The notes beneath the pieces were generated by a model that saw nothing but the letters and a program-made list of their open reading frames with translations, made no database searches and was not told the origin of the DNA. Positions 19,037 to 28,114 of a DNA stretch of 46,202 nt are shown piece by piece (within the stretch, counting starts at the first letter, position 1; each line of letters begins with the position of its first letter). The translations under genes and the position numbers were made by a program. The DNA is taken from the NCBI GenBank assembly GCA_031366785.1, contig JANLOW010000358.1, positions 1 through 46,202 of the forward strand, written 5' to 3'. Origin of the DNA: Bacteroidota bacterium. GTDB taxonomy: Bacteria > Bacteroidota > Bacteroidia > AKYH767-A > 2013-40CM-41-45.

Positions 19037-20788
19037 TTAAAAATAATTAACAATACCAAAATGTATTTTACCGTTTCTGAACAATACAGGATTATTAAAT
19101 TGTTTTCCCAAAGCATAACTTACCGACATAATTCCAATTTTTGTTTCAAAATTTATTCCTGTTCCGAAACCAAAAGGAGTATCCGTTAAATGAAGATTAT
19201 TGCTGTTGTTTTCATACCAAGCTGTATTGATAAACGTAAACAGAAAAGAATTCTGCTCAAGTAAATAACGGTATTCTATTTTTCCAATTGTGTATATAGA
19301 TGCATAAATAGATTCTTCGTCAAATCCACGGAGAGTTTTTAGTCCTCCAATTCGATATAATTCATTCGTAAATAAATTGGGATTGTTGATATAGGCAGCA
19401 TGTGTACCGAGATTAATTACATTTCTACCACCTAATGAGAAGAAATAATCAGCATTAATTTCACCCAGGTAAGTAACACTTTTCAGATTTATATTTGCAT
19501 ATGCTAATGGGTTAATATCACTGTTCTTTCTTATTCTTCTGTTTCCTGTGCTTCCAGTCAGCTCTAATAAAAAACCTTTTCTTGGATTTAAACGATAATC
19601 CAATTTTTCATAATGAAAGGTTGCGCCGTAGGATACAGTCGTAATATCAGCAAAGGAGGGTAGAGTTGTTATATTTTCCAAACCCTTTGATGACTGAAGG
19701 TCGCTTTGTTTATCATTAACAAAAGCTTTGATATAATTACTTCCTGTTAAAGCATATTGTACTCCTAAATTTTTTGTTACATCAATATAAGTGGTATCTT
19801 TTTTAAATATGGCAAGATTTCCATCAACACCGAAAGGAGTATTAAAAAGAAAAGGATAGAGAAAATGAACTTTCAGATCCTGAGATTTAACCGGAAGTTG
19901 TTTCCAGTTTAGTTCTATTATTTCACCTCGCTTTAATGAATTCTGTAGTTTAAGATGTACCTCACCGGTAAAATTATATTTCCCTGATTTATTTTCATCA
20001 GGAAGCAAGCCGATTACTCCATCAAATTGACTGGCTTTTCTATTTTCCAGAAACAGATAAAGTTTTGTTTCTTTTTCTGTAAAAAGTACTTGTGATGTTT
20101 TTACTTCTCTAATAAAAGGCAACTCGCGAAAACGATTGGAAATTTTTCTTATCTGACTTTCTTTGTAAACATCACCAGGAGCAATACCGATATAATTATA
20201 AATGTAAAAAGGAGTCACATCAGCCGATCCTTTAATTATAATACTGTCAACATGAAGAAAACGGTTTTTATTTACTGCTAAGGATGCTGAAAATTGTTTT
20301 TCATTTATAACTATGCTGTCGAGCGAAACTATGGCAAAGGGGAACCCTCTGTTTTCACAATTACGCAAGATCTTTGAATTGATTAAAGTTATCTGATCTA
20401 AGCGGAATGGTTTTCCGGAATATAACTTTTTTCGAAAACTGGTTCCTTCCAATAACTCTATCGGAACATTCCCCTGTTTTAAAGAAGCCCAAATATATTT
20501 TTCACCCGTATAAATAAATGCAATAGTTTTTAATTGATCCCTTTTTATACTATCTACACTTACTGCTAAATAACCGTTTCCTCTTAAACGAAGAATTAAT
20601 AATTCAAGTTGTTGATGAATTTGAAGAGTATCATTGAGGGTTTTTGTCTCATCAAAATCTTTTTTAAAGGATAATAATTCATTGTTTGATGTGTCTTTGA
20701 AAATAATATTAAGCGTGAAATTCTTCTGTCCGTAAACCGAAGTAAATGTTACAATTATTAAAGCAATTACTGAAATTGAAAACCGCAA
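19037..20788 (-). CDS. Omp85/BamA-family outer-membrane protein (surface antigen D15-like beta-barrel)
   Basis: It has a signal peptide and a POTRA-like N-terminal part. The C-terminal barrel has alternating hydrophobic strands and a terminal ...GIVNYF. The start is TTG. It lies 22 nt downstream of ung. Confidence 0.7.
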   Translation of the reverse strand: MRFSISVIALIIVTFTSVYGQKNFTLNIIFKDTSNNELLSFKKDFDETKTLNDTLQIHQQLELLILRLRGNGYLAVSVDSIKRDQLKTIAFIYTGEKYIWASLKQGNVPIELLEGTSFRKKLYSGKPFRLDQITLINSKILRNCENRGFPFAIVSLDSIVINEKQFSASLAVNKNRFLHVDSIIIKGSADVTPFYIYNYIGIAPGDVYKESQIRKISNRFRELPFIREVKTSQVLFTEKETKLYLFLENRKASQFDGVIGLLPDENKSGKYNFTGEVHLKLQNSLKRGEIIELNWKQLPVKSQDLKVHFLYPFLFNTPFGVDGNLAIFKKDTTYIDVTKNLGVQYALTGSNYIKAFVNDKQSDLQSSKGLENITTLPSFADITTVSYGATFHYEKLDYRLNPRKGFLLELTGSTGNRRIRKNSDINPLAYANINLKSVTYLGEINADYFFSLGGRNVINLGTHAAYINNPNLFTNELYRIGGLKTLRGFDEESIYASIYTIGKIEYRYLLEQNSFLFTFINTAWYENNSNNLHLTDTPFGFGTGINFETKIGIMSVSYALGKQFNNPVLFRNGKIHFGIVNYF

Positions 20789-20810
20789 AGGATTTGTTAT
20801 TAGTTATATA

Positions 20811-21515
20811 TTAGGAAAAATCATTTTCATCATCAAGCTTCCAATCGATTGGCGATTTTCCTTCTCTTATCAATATTTCATTTGTTTTTGAAAAATGTTT
20901 GCAACCAAAAAATCCTCTGTCCGCAGAGAAAGGAGATGGATGGGGTGATTTCAAAATAAAGTGTTTTGTTGTATCAATCAATGGTTCTTTTGCTTGGGCG
21001 TATTTTCCCCATAACAGGAAAACAATGCCGGTACGATTAGATGATAAATGCCTGATTACAGAATCAGTAAAATTTTCCCATCCTTTGTTTTGATGTGAAC
21101 CGGGTTGACTGGCGCGGACGGTTAGCGTTGCATTCAATAATAATACACCCTGCTCAGCCCATTTCTCCAGGTTTCCCGTTTCAGGCATTGTAATATTCAG
21201 ATCAGTTTTAATTTCTTTGAAGATATTTTTTAAACTTCGGGGTATTGCCTGATTTTTTGGTACAGAAAAGGAGAGTCCATGAGCCTGTCCTGATCCATGA
21301 TAAGGATCCTGACCTAAAATAACGACTTTAACTTTGTCAAATGGAGTTTTATTGAAAGCAGCGAAAATCGTTGAGCCGGGAGGATAAATAACTTGCCCTG
21401 ATTTTCTTTCATTTTCTAAAAACGATTTGAGATTAAAAAAATTGAGAGATTCAAACTCTTCATTTAATACCAATTTCCAGCTTTCCTCAATTTTAGGGTC
21501 AATTTTTTTACTCAT
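20811..21515 (-). CDS. ung: Uracil-DNA glycosylase, family 1
   Basis: Family-1 motifs VVILGQDPYHGSGQAHGLSFSV and HPSPFSA are present. Confidence 0.93.
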   Translation of the reverse strand: MSKKIDPKIEESWKLVLNEEFESLNFFNLKSFLENERKSGQVIYPPGSTIFAAFNKTPFDKVKVVILGQDPYHGSGQAHGLSFSVPKNQAIPRSLKNIFKEIKTDLNITMPETGNLEKWAEQGVLLLNATLTVRASQPGSHQNKGWENFTDSVIRHLSSNRTGIVFLLWGKYAQAKEPLIDTTKHFILKSPHPSPFSADRGFFGCKHFSKTNEILIREGKSPIDWKLDDENDFS

Positions 21516-21690
21516 ATTGGTTAAATTAAGGCTATAAACTTACATTCTTTTACCCTTCTTATTTCTAAAACTACTCTTTGGATTAAATTCAAAAGTACAT
21601 TTTCAATCAATAATTATAATTACATTTATGAGAAAGTATGTTAAATCAAAATCTGTTCAAAACTTCTTACAACAGTTTTTCTCAAAAAGA

Positions 21691-21698
21691 TATCTTTG
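21691..21698 (+). promoter_or_regulatory. Bacteroidota -7 promoter box TATCTTTG (TAnnTTTG)
   Basis: It matches the consensus and lies 70 nt upstream of small ORF 21769. Confidence 0.35.
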
Positions 21699-21768
21699 CC
21701 TACGTTTGTTTTAGAGAAACAAAACATTCGTGCGAAAAGTGCGTTAAATAGATAACAAATTATAAAAC

Positions 21769-21903
21769 ATGAAAAAGATCATTCGTGCCACCCTTGCTTT
21801 TGCTGTTCTGGCAGGTTTATTTTCTGCCTGTAAATCGCATGAAAAATGTCCCGCATACGGACAAATGAACAAGACAAAGCGTCATTCGGAAATTAGAGGA
21901 TAA
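21769..21903 (+). CDS. Small lipoprotein, 44 aa, below the ORF-track cutoff
   Basis: It reads MKKIIRATLAFAVLAGLFSACKSHEKCPAYGQMNKTKRHSEIRG*. It has a signal peptide and lipobox (LFSAC), a CPAY motif that I recall from other short Bacteroidota lipoproteins, its own -7 box, and a downstream terminator. Confidence 0.5.
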   Translation: MKKIIRATLAFAVLAGLFSACKSHEKCPAYGQMNKTKRHSEIRG

Positions 21904-21925
21904 AATCTCAAATCCTAATATTATT

Positions 21926-21960
21926 AGCGAATAACCTAAAGTTATTCGCTTTTCTTATTT
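21926..21960. terminator. Hairpin terminator, possibly bidirectional
   Basis: AGCGAATAAC (21926-35), ctaaa, GTTATTCGCT (21941-50), followed by TTTCTTATTT. It sits between convergent genes 21769-21903 (+) and 21967-22374 (-). Confidence 0.6.
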
Positions 21961-21966
21961 CTATAC

Positions 21967-22374
21967 TTAATAAGAAAAATGTATGGTTTGTTTAATATCA
22001 GGATTTAGACTTATAGCAACAGGACAAGTTAAGGCTGCTTTTTCAAGAATAATTTTTTCTTTGTCTGAATAGTTTTTCCCCTGTATTTTAAATTCGATAA
22101 TTATTTCAGAGACTTTACGGGGATTAGAAGCCATCAATTTGGTAATACCGATAGTTGCACCTTCCATATCAATTTGATGAGTTCTTGCTGCAATTCCCAT
22201 AACAGTTAGCATGCAACTTCCCAATGAAGCAGATAAAAGATCTGTAGGAGAAAAAGCCTCACCTTTTCCCTGGTTATCCAGTGGTGCATCAGTAATAATT
22301 ATTTGCCCGGATTTAATATGTAAAGCCTCTGTACGAAGGTTACCTTTATAAATAGTACGAATTGTTTCCATCAT
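21967..22374 (-). CDS. OsmC/Ohr-family peroxiredoxin-like protein
   Basis: At 135 aa, it has GEAFSPTDLLSASLGSCM and ALTCPV, the two conserved Cys regions of the OsmC family. Confidence 0.75.
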   Translation of the reverse strand: MMETIRTIYKGNLRTEALHIKSGQIIITDAPLDNQGKGEAFSPTDLLSASLGSCMLTVMGIAARTHQIDMEGATIGITKLMASNPRKVSEIIIEFKIQGKNYSDKEKIILEKAALTCPVAISLNPDIKQTIHFSY

Positions 22375-22438
22375 TCAAAGATAAGAAGAAGACAGACTGT
22401 ATTGTCAAAGATAAAATTCTTAGTTTTGTAACTGCATA

Positions 22439-23191
22439 ATGAAATATCGCCTCCTTTTTTTCTTTTTGTTTATATGCTTAAAATCGTTTGCCCAGGATTC
22501 TACAAGAATAGCAAATGATGATGTTACAATTTTATACAGAAACGAAGCGGAAGGTGGAATAAATATACATTCCAATGGTTTCGGACTAACATTTAAAAGA
22601 GGCTGGCATTTGACCGGTTACAAGAAACAAATGCTCGATATTGATTTTGTTTCATTACGTGATCCGAAGCAATACAAACTTTCCAATTATCCGGATTCAA
22701 AACCATTCTTTTATGGAAAATTAAATTTTGCTTATATACTTCGTGGTGGTTATGGAATACAAAATATAATTTTTGGAAAAGCAGAAAGAAGTGGTGTAGA
22801 AGTTAGATATAATTATTATTTTGGATTATCACTTGGTATTACTAAACCGGTTTATCTCGATATTTTAGTAGATAATCCCTTTGATCCTCAAACAAAATTA
22901 ATCGATACCCGCCAATACGATCCCAATGATCCTGATCAGCAACTAAAAGAAAATATTTATGGTCCCGGTCCATATTTCAATGGATTGGATCATCTATCTA
23001 TTTATCCCGGCGGATATGGAAAATTTGCACTCTCATTTGAATACGCTGGATGGCAAGATAAAATTACAGCCATCGAAACTGGCGTTGTTTTAGACGCATA
23101 TGCCAGAGCCATTCCTATAATGGCAACAGGGAATAAAAATAATTTCTTTTTTAATTTTTATATCTCATTAATATGGGGTGGAAAATGGTAA
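22439..23191 (+). CDS. Hypothetical secreted or outer-membrane protein
   Basis: It has a signal peptide (MKYRLLFFFLFICLKSFAQ). It is rich in Gly, Tyr and aromatic residues with an alternating pattern, and ends in an aromatic residue (GGKW). I recognise no family. Confidence 0.5.
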   Translation: MKYRLLFFFLFICLKSFAQDSTRIANDDVTILYRNEAEGGINIHSNGFGLTFKRGWHLTGYKKQMLDIDFVSLRDPKQYKLSNYPDSKPFFYGKLNFAYILRGGYGIQNIIFGKAERSGVEVRYNYYFGLSLGITKPVYLDILVDNPFDPQTKLIDTRQYDPNDPDQQLKENIYGPGPYFNGLDHLSIYPGGYGKFALSFEYAGWQDKITAIETGVVLDAYARAIPIMATGNKNNFFFNFYISLIWGGKW

Positions 23192-23264
23192 TTATTTAGT
23201 TCATTCAAAAATATAGAAACTTATCAGTGTCAAAAATATTTATTTTAATTTTATTAAAAATCCC

Positions 23265-23341
23265 CATGACTCATGACTCTTGTTTCATGACTAATGACTA
23301 ATGACTAATGACTCTTGACTCTTGATACATGATACTAGATT
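23265..23341 (+). repeat. Eleven tandem 7-bp units (CATGACT, AATGACT, CTTGACT and variants)
   Basis: It reads CATGACT CATGACT CTTGTTT CATGACT AATGACT AATGACT AATGACT CTTGACT CTTGATA CATGATA CTAGATT. The lipA ATG (23329) lies in unit 10. Confidence 0.9.
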
Positions 23342-24192
23342 CCCCAATCCCCCCTGTTAAAAAACCCTCCTGGTTGAAAGTAAAACTTCCAACCGGTAAG
23401 GAATATTCTTCAGTGCGTGAAATTGTAAGTGAACATAAACTTCATACTATTTGTCAGAGTGGTAATTGTCCGAATATGGGCGAATGTTGGGGAGCCGGTA
23501 CAGCTACATTTATGATACTTGGAAATATTTGTACACGATCCTGCGGATTCTGTTCAGTCGCTACAGGCAAACCGGAAGCTGTTGATCCTTTTGAGCCCCT
23601 ACGTGTAGCAAAGTCGGTAAAGTTAATGGGCATTAAACATTGTGTAATAACATGTGTTGACCGCGATGACCTTGAAGATGGTGGGGCAGAAATCTGGGTG
23701 CAAACGATTCGCAAAGTTCGCGAACATTCACCGGGTACGACCATGGAGACACTTATAGGGGATTTCCAGGGGAAATGGGAAAATCTGCAACTCTTAATTA
23801 ATGAATCACCGGAAATAATTTCACACAATCTTGAAACAGTGCGCAGACTAACAAAGCAAGTCCGTGTTCAGGCTAAATATGATCGTAGTCTTGAAGTATT
23901 AAAAAGAATCAGTGATTCAGGTATTGCAACTAAGTCGGGCATTATGTTAGGATTGGGAGAAGAGCGTGAAGAGATTTTAGAAACGATGGATGATTTACGT
24001 AAATCAAATGTCTCTGTTCTTACTATCGGGCAATATTTGCAGCCTACTAAAGAACACTTACCAGTATTTAATTTCATTACACCTGAAGTTTTTTCTGAAT
24101 ATAAAGAAATAGGTTTGAGAAAAGGTTTTCGCTATGTTGAGAGTGGTCCATTGGTACGTTCGAGTTATCATGCTGAAAAGCATTTATTATAA
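23329..24192 (+). CDS. lipA: Lipoyl synthase (radical SAM)
   Basis: It has [10 protein letters not shown], the auxiliary cluster motif [13 protein letters not shown], and the radical-SAM motif CTRSCGFC. Confidence 0.95.
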   Translation: MILDSPIPPVKKPSWLKVKLPTGKEYSSVREIVSEHKLHTICQSGNCPNMGECWGAGTATFMILGNICTRSCGFCSVATGKPEAVDPFEPLRVAKSVKLMGIKHCVITCVDRDDLEDGGAEIWVQTIRKVREHSPGTTMETLIGDFQGKWENLQLLINESPEIISHNLETVRRLTKQVRVQAKYDRSLEVLKRISDSGIATKSGIMLGLGEEREEILETMDDLRKSNVSVLTIGQYLQPTKEHLPVFNFITPEVFSEYKEIGLRKGFRYVESGPLVRSSYHAEKHLL

Positions 24193-24297
24193 TGTTTTAT
24201 TTTCTGAGATTGATTTTTTTAATTCTTAATTTTTTAGGAAGATTTATTATTTGATTAAGAAATTAACTTTAAAACATCCATTCATACTATATGTAAT

Positions 24298-24305
24298 TAT
24301 CTTTG
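24298..24305 (+). promoter_or_regulatory. Bacteroidota -7 promoter box TATCTTTG
   Basis: It matches TAnnTTTG and ends 19 nt upstream of the gap ATG. Confidence 0.45.
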
Positions 24306-24324
24306 CAGCCTAATTTTATTTTTT

Positions 24325-25335
24325 ATGAAAAAAGTACGTATTGCAATTAATGGTTTTGGTCGTATAGGTCGCATGACAACAAGAGTGTTATTGAAGAATG
24401 AAAATATTGAGATAGTAGCGATAAACGATCTTTCGGATAATGCAACCCTTGCTCATTTATTTAAATATGATTCTATTCATGGTCGATTTGATGGAAGTGT
24501 TGGTTCAGACGAGCATAATTTAATTATTAATAAGAAAAATATAAAGTGTTTATCAGAAAAAGATCCATCCAAACTTCCCTGGAAAAACTTTGACGTTGAT
24601 GTACTTCTGGAATGTACAGGTAGGTTTACAGATGCTATGTCGGCTCAAATGCATATTGATTCGGGAGCAAGAAAGGTTATTTTGTCAGCACCAACCAAAG
24701 GTAAAGGAGATATGAAAAGTATCGTTCTTGGAGTAAATGAAGAGATATTGACTGAGGATGACAAGATTATTTCGAATGCTTCTTGTACGACAAACAATAC
24801 GGCTCCAATGTTAAAGATTTTGGACGATAATTGGGGAATAGAAAGCGCTTATGTAACTACAGTACATTCATATACAGGAGATCAGAACATAATGGATGCG
24901 CCACATAGTGATTTGCGTAGAGCACGGGCAGCGGCGGTTTCAATTATACCAACAACAACAGGGGCTGCCAAAGCATTAGGTGACGTTTTGCCTCATCTAA
25001 AAGGTAAACTTGGCGGTGCCGGAGTTCGAGTTCCAACATCGGATGGTTCTCTTACGGATATAACCTGTATATTAAGACAGGAAACAACGCCAGAAGAAAT
25101 AAACAAAGCCTTTCAAATAGCAGCAAGCGGAAAAATGAATGGAATTCTGGAATTTACCTCAGATCCAATTGTCTCTATAGATATAGTAGGAAATACGAAT
25201 TCATGCATTTTTGATTCGCAGCTCACATCTGTATTGGGTAAAATGACAAAAATATTTGGCTGGTACGATAATGAAATCGGTTATAGTAATAGATTGGCTG
25301 AACTAGCTGCTAGGTTTGGAGTTATTGGTAAATAA
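24325..25335 (+). CDS. gap: Glyceraldehyde-3-phosphate dehydrogenase, type I
   Basis: It has the NAD-binding motif INGFGRIGR and the active site SNASCTTN. Length is 336 aa. Confidence 0.95.
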   Translation: MKKVRIAINGFGRIGRMTTRVLLKNENIEIVAINDLSDNATLAHLFKYDSIHGRFDGSVGSDEHNLIINKKNIKCLSEKDPSKLPWKNFDVDVLLECTGRFTDAMSAQMHIDSGARKVILSAPTKGKGDMKSIVLGVNEEILTEDDKIISNASCTTNNTAPMLKILDDNWGIESAYVTTVHSYTGDQNIMDAPHSDLRRARAAAVSIIPTTTGAAKALGDVLPHLKGKLGGAGVRVPTSDGSLTDITCILRQETTPEEINKAFQIAASGKMNGILEFTSDPIVSIDIVGNTNSCIFDSQLTSVLGKMTKIFGWYDNEIGYSNRLAELAARFGVIGK

Positions 25336-25644
25336 TAAAAAGGTCAATTGATTAAAATATACCAGTATTTTTTTTTATTCGTTTTTGAGCAATTCAAAGC
25401 ATTTATTTTTTAAAAAGTTATTCACATTTTTTGTAAATTACTAGTGAAAGATTTTTAAAATATTTATCATAAAATAAACAATTATATCAGAGGAGAATCG
25501 TTTCTTTGAAAACCAAAGTTTATTAATATCATTGAATATTTATTTAACAATAGATTAAAAACAAGTTATTTGGTACAATAATTGAAAATAGGTTTCATAT
25601 TTTTAATTATCAATTTTAATTAATTAGTTTAACCAACACCCATT

Positions 25645-25812
25645 ATGCTTAATACCTCGAAAAGAAAAGCTAAAATTGTCAAACAACCCATAAGTGAGTC
25701 AGCAACACGTATTAAAGTACAGCTGGATCATAAGACTATGATGGTTGTACATAGTATGTCGGCTTTTAAAATGTGGAAGAAACGTTACCCTTTAGCAAGA
25801 GTAATCGCTTAA
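25645..25812 (+). CDS. Small basic hypothetical protein, 55 aa, below the ORF-track cutoff
   Basis: It reads MLNTSKRKAKIVKQPISESATRIKVQLDHKTMMVVHSMSAFKMWKKRYPLARVIA*. A hairpin plus T-tract terminator follows 28 nt downstream. Confidence 0.35.
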   Translation: MLNTSKRKAKIVKQPISESATRIKVQLDHKTMMVVHSMSAFKMWKKRYPLARVIA

Positions 25813-25839
25813 ATACTTTCCAATTAATATGTAGAATCG

Positions 25840-25870
25840 AAAAGGTCTCTTTTTTGGAGACTTTTTTATT
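25840..25870 (+). terminator. Rho-independent-type terminator
   Basis: AAAAGGTCTC (25840-49), a 7-nt loop, GAGACTTTTT with one G-U pair, then a T run. Confidence 0.55.
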
Positions 25871-25915
25871 TTTAAAATATTTTTCATTAGAATTTGAAAT
25901 TCAAATCCCGTTTTC

Positions 25916-25923
25916 TACATTTG
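25916..25923 (+). promoter_or_regulatory. Bacteroidota -7 promoter box TACATTTG upstream of the tRNA-tuf cluster
   Basis: It matches TAnnTTTG and lies 50 nt upstream of the first tRNA. Confidence 0.4.
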
Positions 25924-25972
25924 CAATCCCTTTTTTGGAGGGTTGTGTGTTCCTTGAAATTCTTCTAAAAAT

Positions 25973-26049
25973 GCCGATGTAGCTCAGTTGGCCAGAGCTA
26001 CTGATTTGTAATCAGTGGGTCGGGGGTTCGAATCCCTCCATCGGCTCCA
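25973..26049 (+). tRNA. tRNA-Thr (anticodon TGT), with CCA encoded
   Basis: The acceptor stem is GCCGATG/CATCGGC. The anticodon stem is ACTGA/TCAGT with loop TT-TGT-AA. The T-loop is TTCGAAT. The 3' end is T-CCA. Confidence 0.93.
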
Positions 26050-26079
26050 GTTAATTACTGGTTTTTAGAATCTTGAGAA

Positions 26080-26160
26080 GGGGAGATACCAGAGTGGCCA
26101 AATGGGACGGACTGTAAATCCGTTGCGAAAGCTTCGAAGGTTCAAATCCTTCTCTCCCCA
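26080..26160 (+). tRNA. tRNA-Tyr (anticodon GTA), with long variable arm
   Basis: The acceptor stem is GGGGAGA/TCTCCCC. The anticodon stem is ACGGA/TCCGT with loop CT-GTA-AA. The T-arm is GAAGG-TTCAAAT-CCTTC. Confidence 0.9.
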
Positions 26161-26209
26161 CTCTAAGTTATGGTTTGGACTTAGTAGGTATCCAGATCCA
26201 AACTTTTAA

Positions 26210-26282
26210 GCGGAAGTAGCTCATTTGGTAGAGCGATAGCCTTCCAAGCTATAGGTGGCGGGTTCGAGCCCCGTCTTCCGCT
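26210..26282 (+). tRNA. tRNA-Gly (anticodon TCC)
   Basis: The acceptor stem is GCGGAAG/CTTCCGC. The anticodon stem is ATAGC/GCTAT with loop CT-TCC-AA. Confidence 0.92.
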
Positions 26283-26312
26283 CGATCTGTCAGAAGTCAT
26301 TGACTAATAGTG

Positions 26313-26385
26313 GCCAATGTAGCTCAGTCGGTAGAGCACATCCATGGTAAGGATGAGGTCACCAGTTCGATCCTGGTCATTGGCT
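26313..26385 (+). tRNA. tRNA-Thr (anticodon GGT)
   Basis: The acceptor stem is GCCAATG/CATTGGC. The anticodon stem is CATCC/GGATG with loop AT-GGT-AA. The T-arm is ACCAG-TTCGATC-CTGGT. Confidence 0.92.
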
Positions 26386-26490
26386 CGAACATAAAAAGTA
26401 AATAGTGATCTAATTAAATCAATTAGATTTTAAATGAAAAGAAATAAATAATAAATCTAGAATAAATTAACCTTTTAATACCTCCTTATA

Positions 26491-27678
26491 ATGGCAAAAG
26501 AAAAATTTGATCGTTCCAAACCACACGTTAATATTGGAACAATTGGTCACGTAGATCATGGTAAAACAACATTAACTGCAGCGATCACAGCTGTACTTGC
26601 TTCGAAAGGTCTGGCAGATGTCCGTTCATTCGATTCAATTGATAATGCTCCGGAAGAAAAAGCACGCGGTATTACAATTAATACGGCTCACGTTGAATAT
26701 CAAACAGTAAAACGCCATTATGCACACGTTGACTGTCCGGGACACGCCGATTATGTGAAGAATATGGTAACAGGTGCAGCTCAGATGGATGGTGCAATTT
26801 TAGTTGTGGCCGCCACAGATGGACCTATGCCACAAACACGTGAGCATATCCTTCTTGGTCGTCAGGTAGGGGTTCCTAAAATTGTTGTTTTTATGAATAA
26901 GGCGGATATGGTTGATGATCCTGAACTTTTGGATCTGGTAGAAATGGAAATTCGTGAACTTTTAAGTTTCTATGAATACGATGGAACCAATACTCCGATA
27001 ATAAGAGGTTCAGCATTAGGTGGATTGAATAACGATCCAAAATGGGTTCCGGCGATTATGGAATTAATGGATGCCGTTGATACTTTTATTCCAATTCCTC
27101 CACGTGATATTGAAAAGCCTTTTTTAATGCCTGTTGAAGATGTATTCTCGATCACTGGTCGTGGTACTGTTGCTACTGGTCGTATAGAAAGAGGAGTTAT
27201 CAATTCCGGCGATGATGTTGAAATTATAGGAATGCAGGAGAAATCATTAAAATCAACTGTTACAGGCGTTGAAATGTTCCGTAAGATCCTTGATCGCGGA
27301 GAAGCAGGTGATAATGTTGGTCTACTTTTACGTGGTATTGAAAAAGATGATATCCGCAGAGGGATGGTTGTAGCTAAGCCAGGATCAATAACACCGCATA
27401 CTCTCTTTAAAGCAGAAATTTATGTATTGAAAAAAGAAGAAGGTGGACGTCATACACCTTTCCACAATAAATATCGTCCTCAGTTTTATTTGCGTACTAC
27501 TGATGTAACAGGTGAAATTACGCTTCCTGAAGGTCGCGAAATGGTAATGCCTGGTGATAACGTGACTATTTCTGTTGAACTGATTCAACCGGTTGCTATG
27601 GATAAAGGTCTACGTTTCGCAATTCGTGAAGGTGGTCGTACAGTAGGTGCTGGTCAGGTTATTGAAATAATTAAATAA
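26491..27678 (+). CDS. tuf: Elongation factor Tu
   Basis: It has the GTPase motifs [17 protein letters not shown] and NKADM. Length is 395 aa. Confidence 0.98.
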   Translation: MAKEKFDRSKPHVNIGTIGHVDHGKTTLTAAITAVLASKGLADVRSFDSIDNAPEEKARGITINTAHVEYQTVKRHYAHVDCPGHADYVKNMVTGAAQMDGAILVVAATDGPMPQTREHILLGRQVGVPKIVVFMNKADMVDDPELLDLVEMEIRELLSFYEYDGTNTPIIRGSALGGLNNDPKWVPAIMELMDAVDTFIPIPPRDIEKPFLMPVEDVFSITGRGTVATGRIERGVINSGDDVEIIGMQEKSLKSTVTGVEMFRKILDRGEAGDNVGLLLRGIEKDDIRRGMVVAKPGSITPHTLFKAEIYVLKKEEGGRHTPFHNKYRPQFYLRTTDVTGEITLPEGREMVMPGDNVTISVELIQPVAMDKGLRFAIREGGRTVGAGQVIEIIK

Positions 27679-27744
27679 TTTGACGATTCCCAGTGAACCC
27701 CGCTTTAAAAAACGGGATTTACTGCCAATTGTTCACAATACCAA

Positions 27745-27817
27745 ACGGGTGTAGCTCAATTGGTAGAGTAGCGGTCTCCAAAACCGTTGGCTGGGAGTTC
27801 GAGTCTCTCCACCCGTG
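27745..27817 (+). tRNA. tRNA-Trp (anticodon CCA)
   Basis: The acceptor stem is ACGGGTG/CACCCGT. The anticodon stem is GCGGT/ACCGT with loop CT-CCA-AA. It sits in the conserved position between tuf and secE. Confidence 0.92.
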
Positions 27818-27907
27818 CGAAAGATATTGAAGATTGAAGATTAGTACTTAGAAAGGTTTAATTTTCTTTCTTCAACAATTTAAGTTAAGTATTCAATAAT
27901 AAATAAA

Positions 27908-28102
27908 ATGAGCAAAGTCACTTCATATATTAAAGAAAGCTACGTCGAATTAGTCGAGAAGGTAAGCTGGCCATCACGTGAAGATCTTCAAAGTAGCGTG
28001 ATTGTAGTTATGGTAGCAACTCTCATTATTGGTTTTGTTATATTTGCAATGGATTTTGTATTCCAGGGTGTTATGAACCTTTTCTACAGTATGATAGCAT
28101 AA
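27908..28102 (+). CDS. secE: Preprotein translocase subunit SecE
   Basis: It is 64 aa, has the KVSWPS motif and a single C-terminal TM, and lies immediately upstream of nusG. Confidence 0.9.
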   Translation: MSKVTSYIKESYVELVEKVSWPSREDLQSSVIVVMVATLIIGFVIFAMDFVFQGVMNLFYSMIA

Positions 28103-28114
28103 AAATAAAAACTG

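Noticed and set aside
23265-23341. Whether the tandem arrays could be a CRISPR array or minisatellite-encoded peptide repeats
   Set aside because: The units are 7 bp with no spacers, far too short for CRISPR. Every reading frame through the array hits stops within a few codons.
25773-25982. 69-aa ORF ending inside tRNA-Thr
   Set aside because: It spans a terminator hairpin, the tRNA promoter box and the first bases of a tRNA. It also overlaps the stop of the more plausible small ORF 25645-25812.
26408-26428. 8-bp AT-only hairpin ATCTAATT-aaatc-AATTAGAT after tRNA-Thr(GGT)
   Set aside because: The stem is made only of A-T pairs in very AT-rich DNA, and no T-tract follows. This is within chance expectation.
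25973-27817. Integrated mobile element at the tRNA cluster
   Set aside because: There is no integrase, no direct repeat of a tRNA 3' end, and no foreign genes. The tRNAs are followed directly by tuf, secE and nusG in the conserved order.
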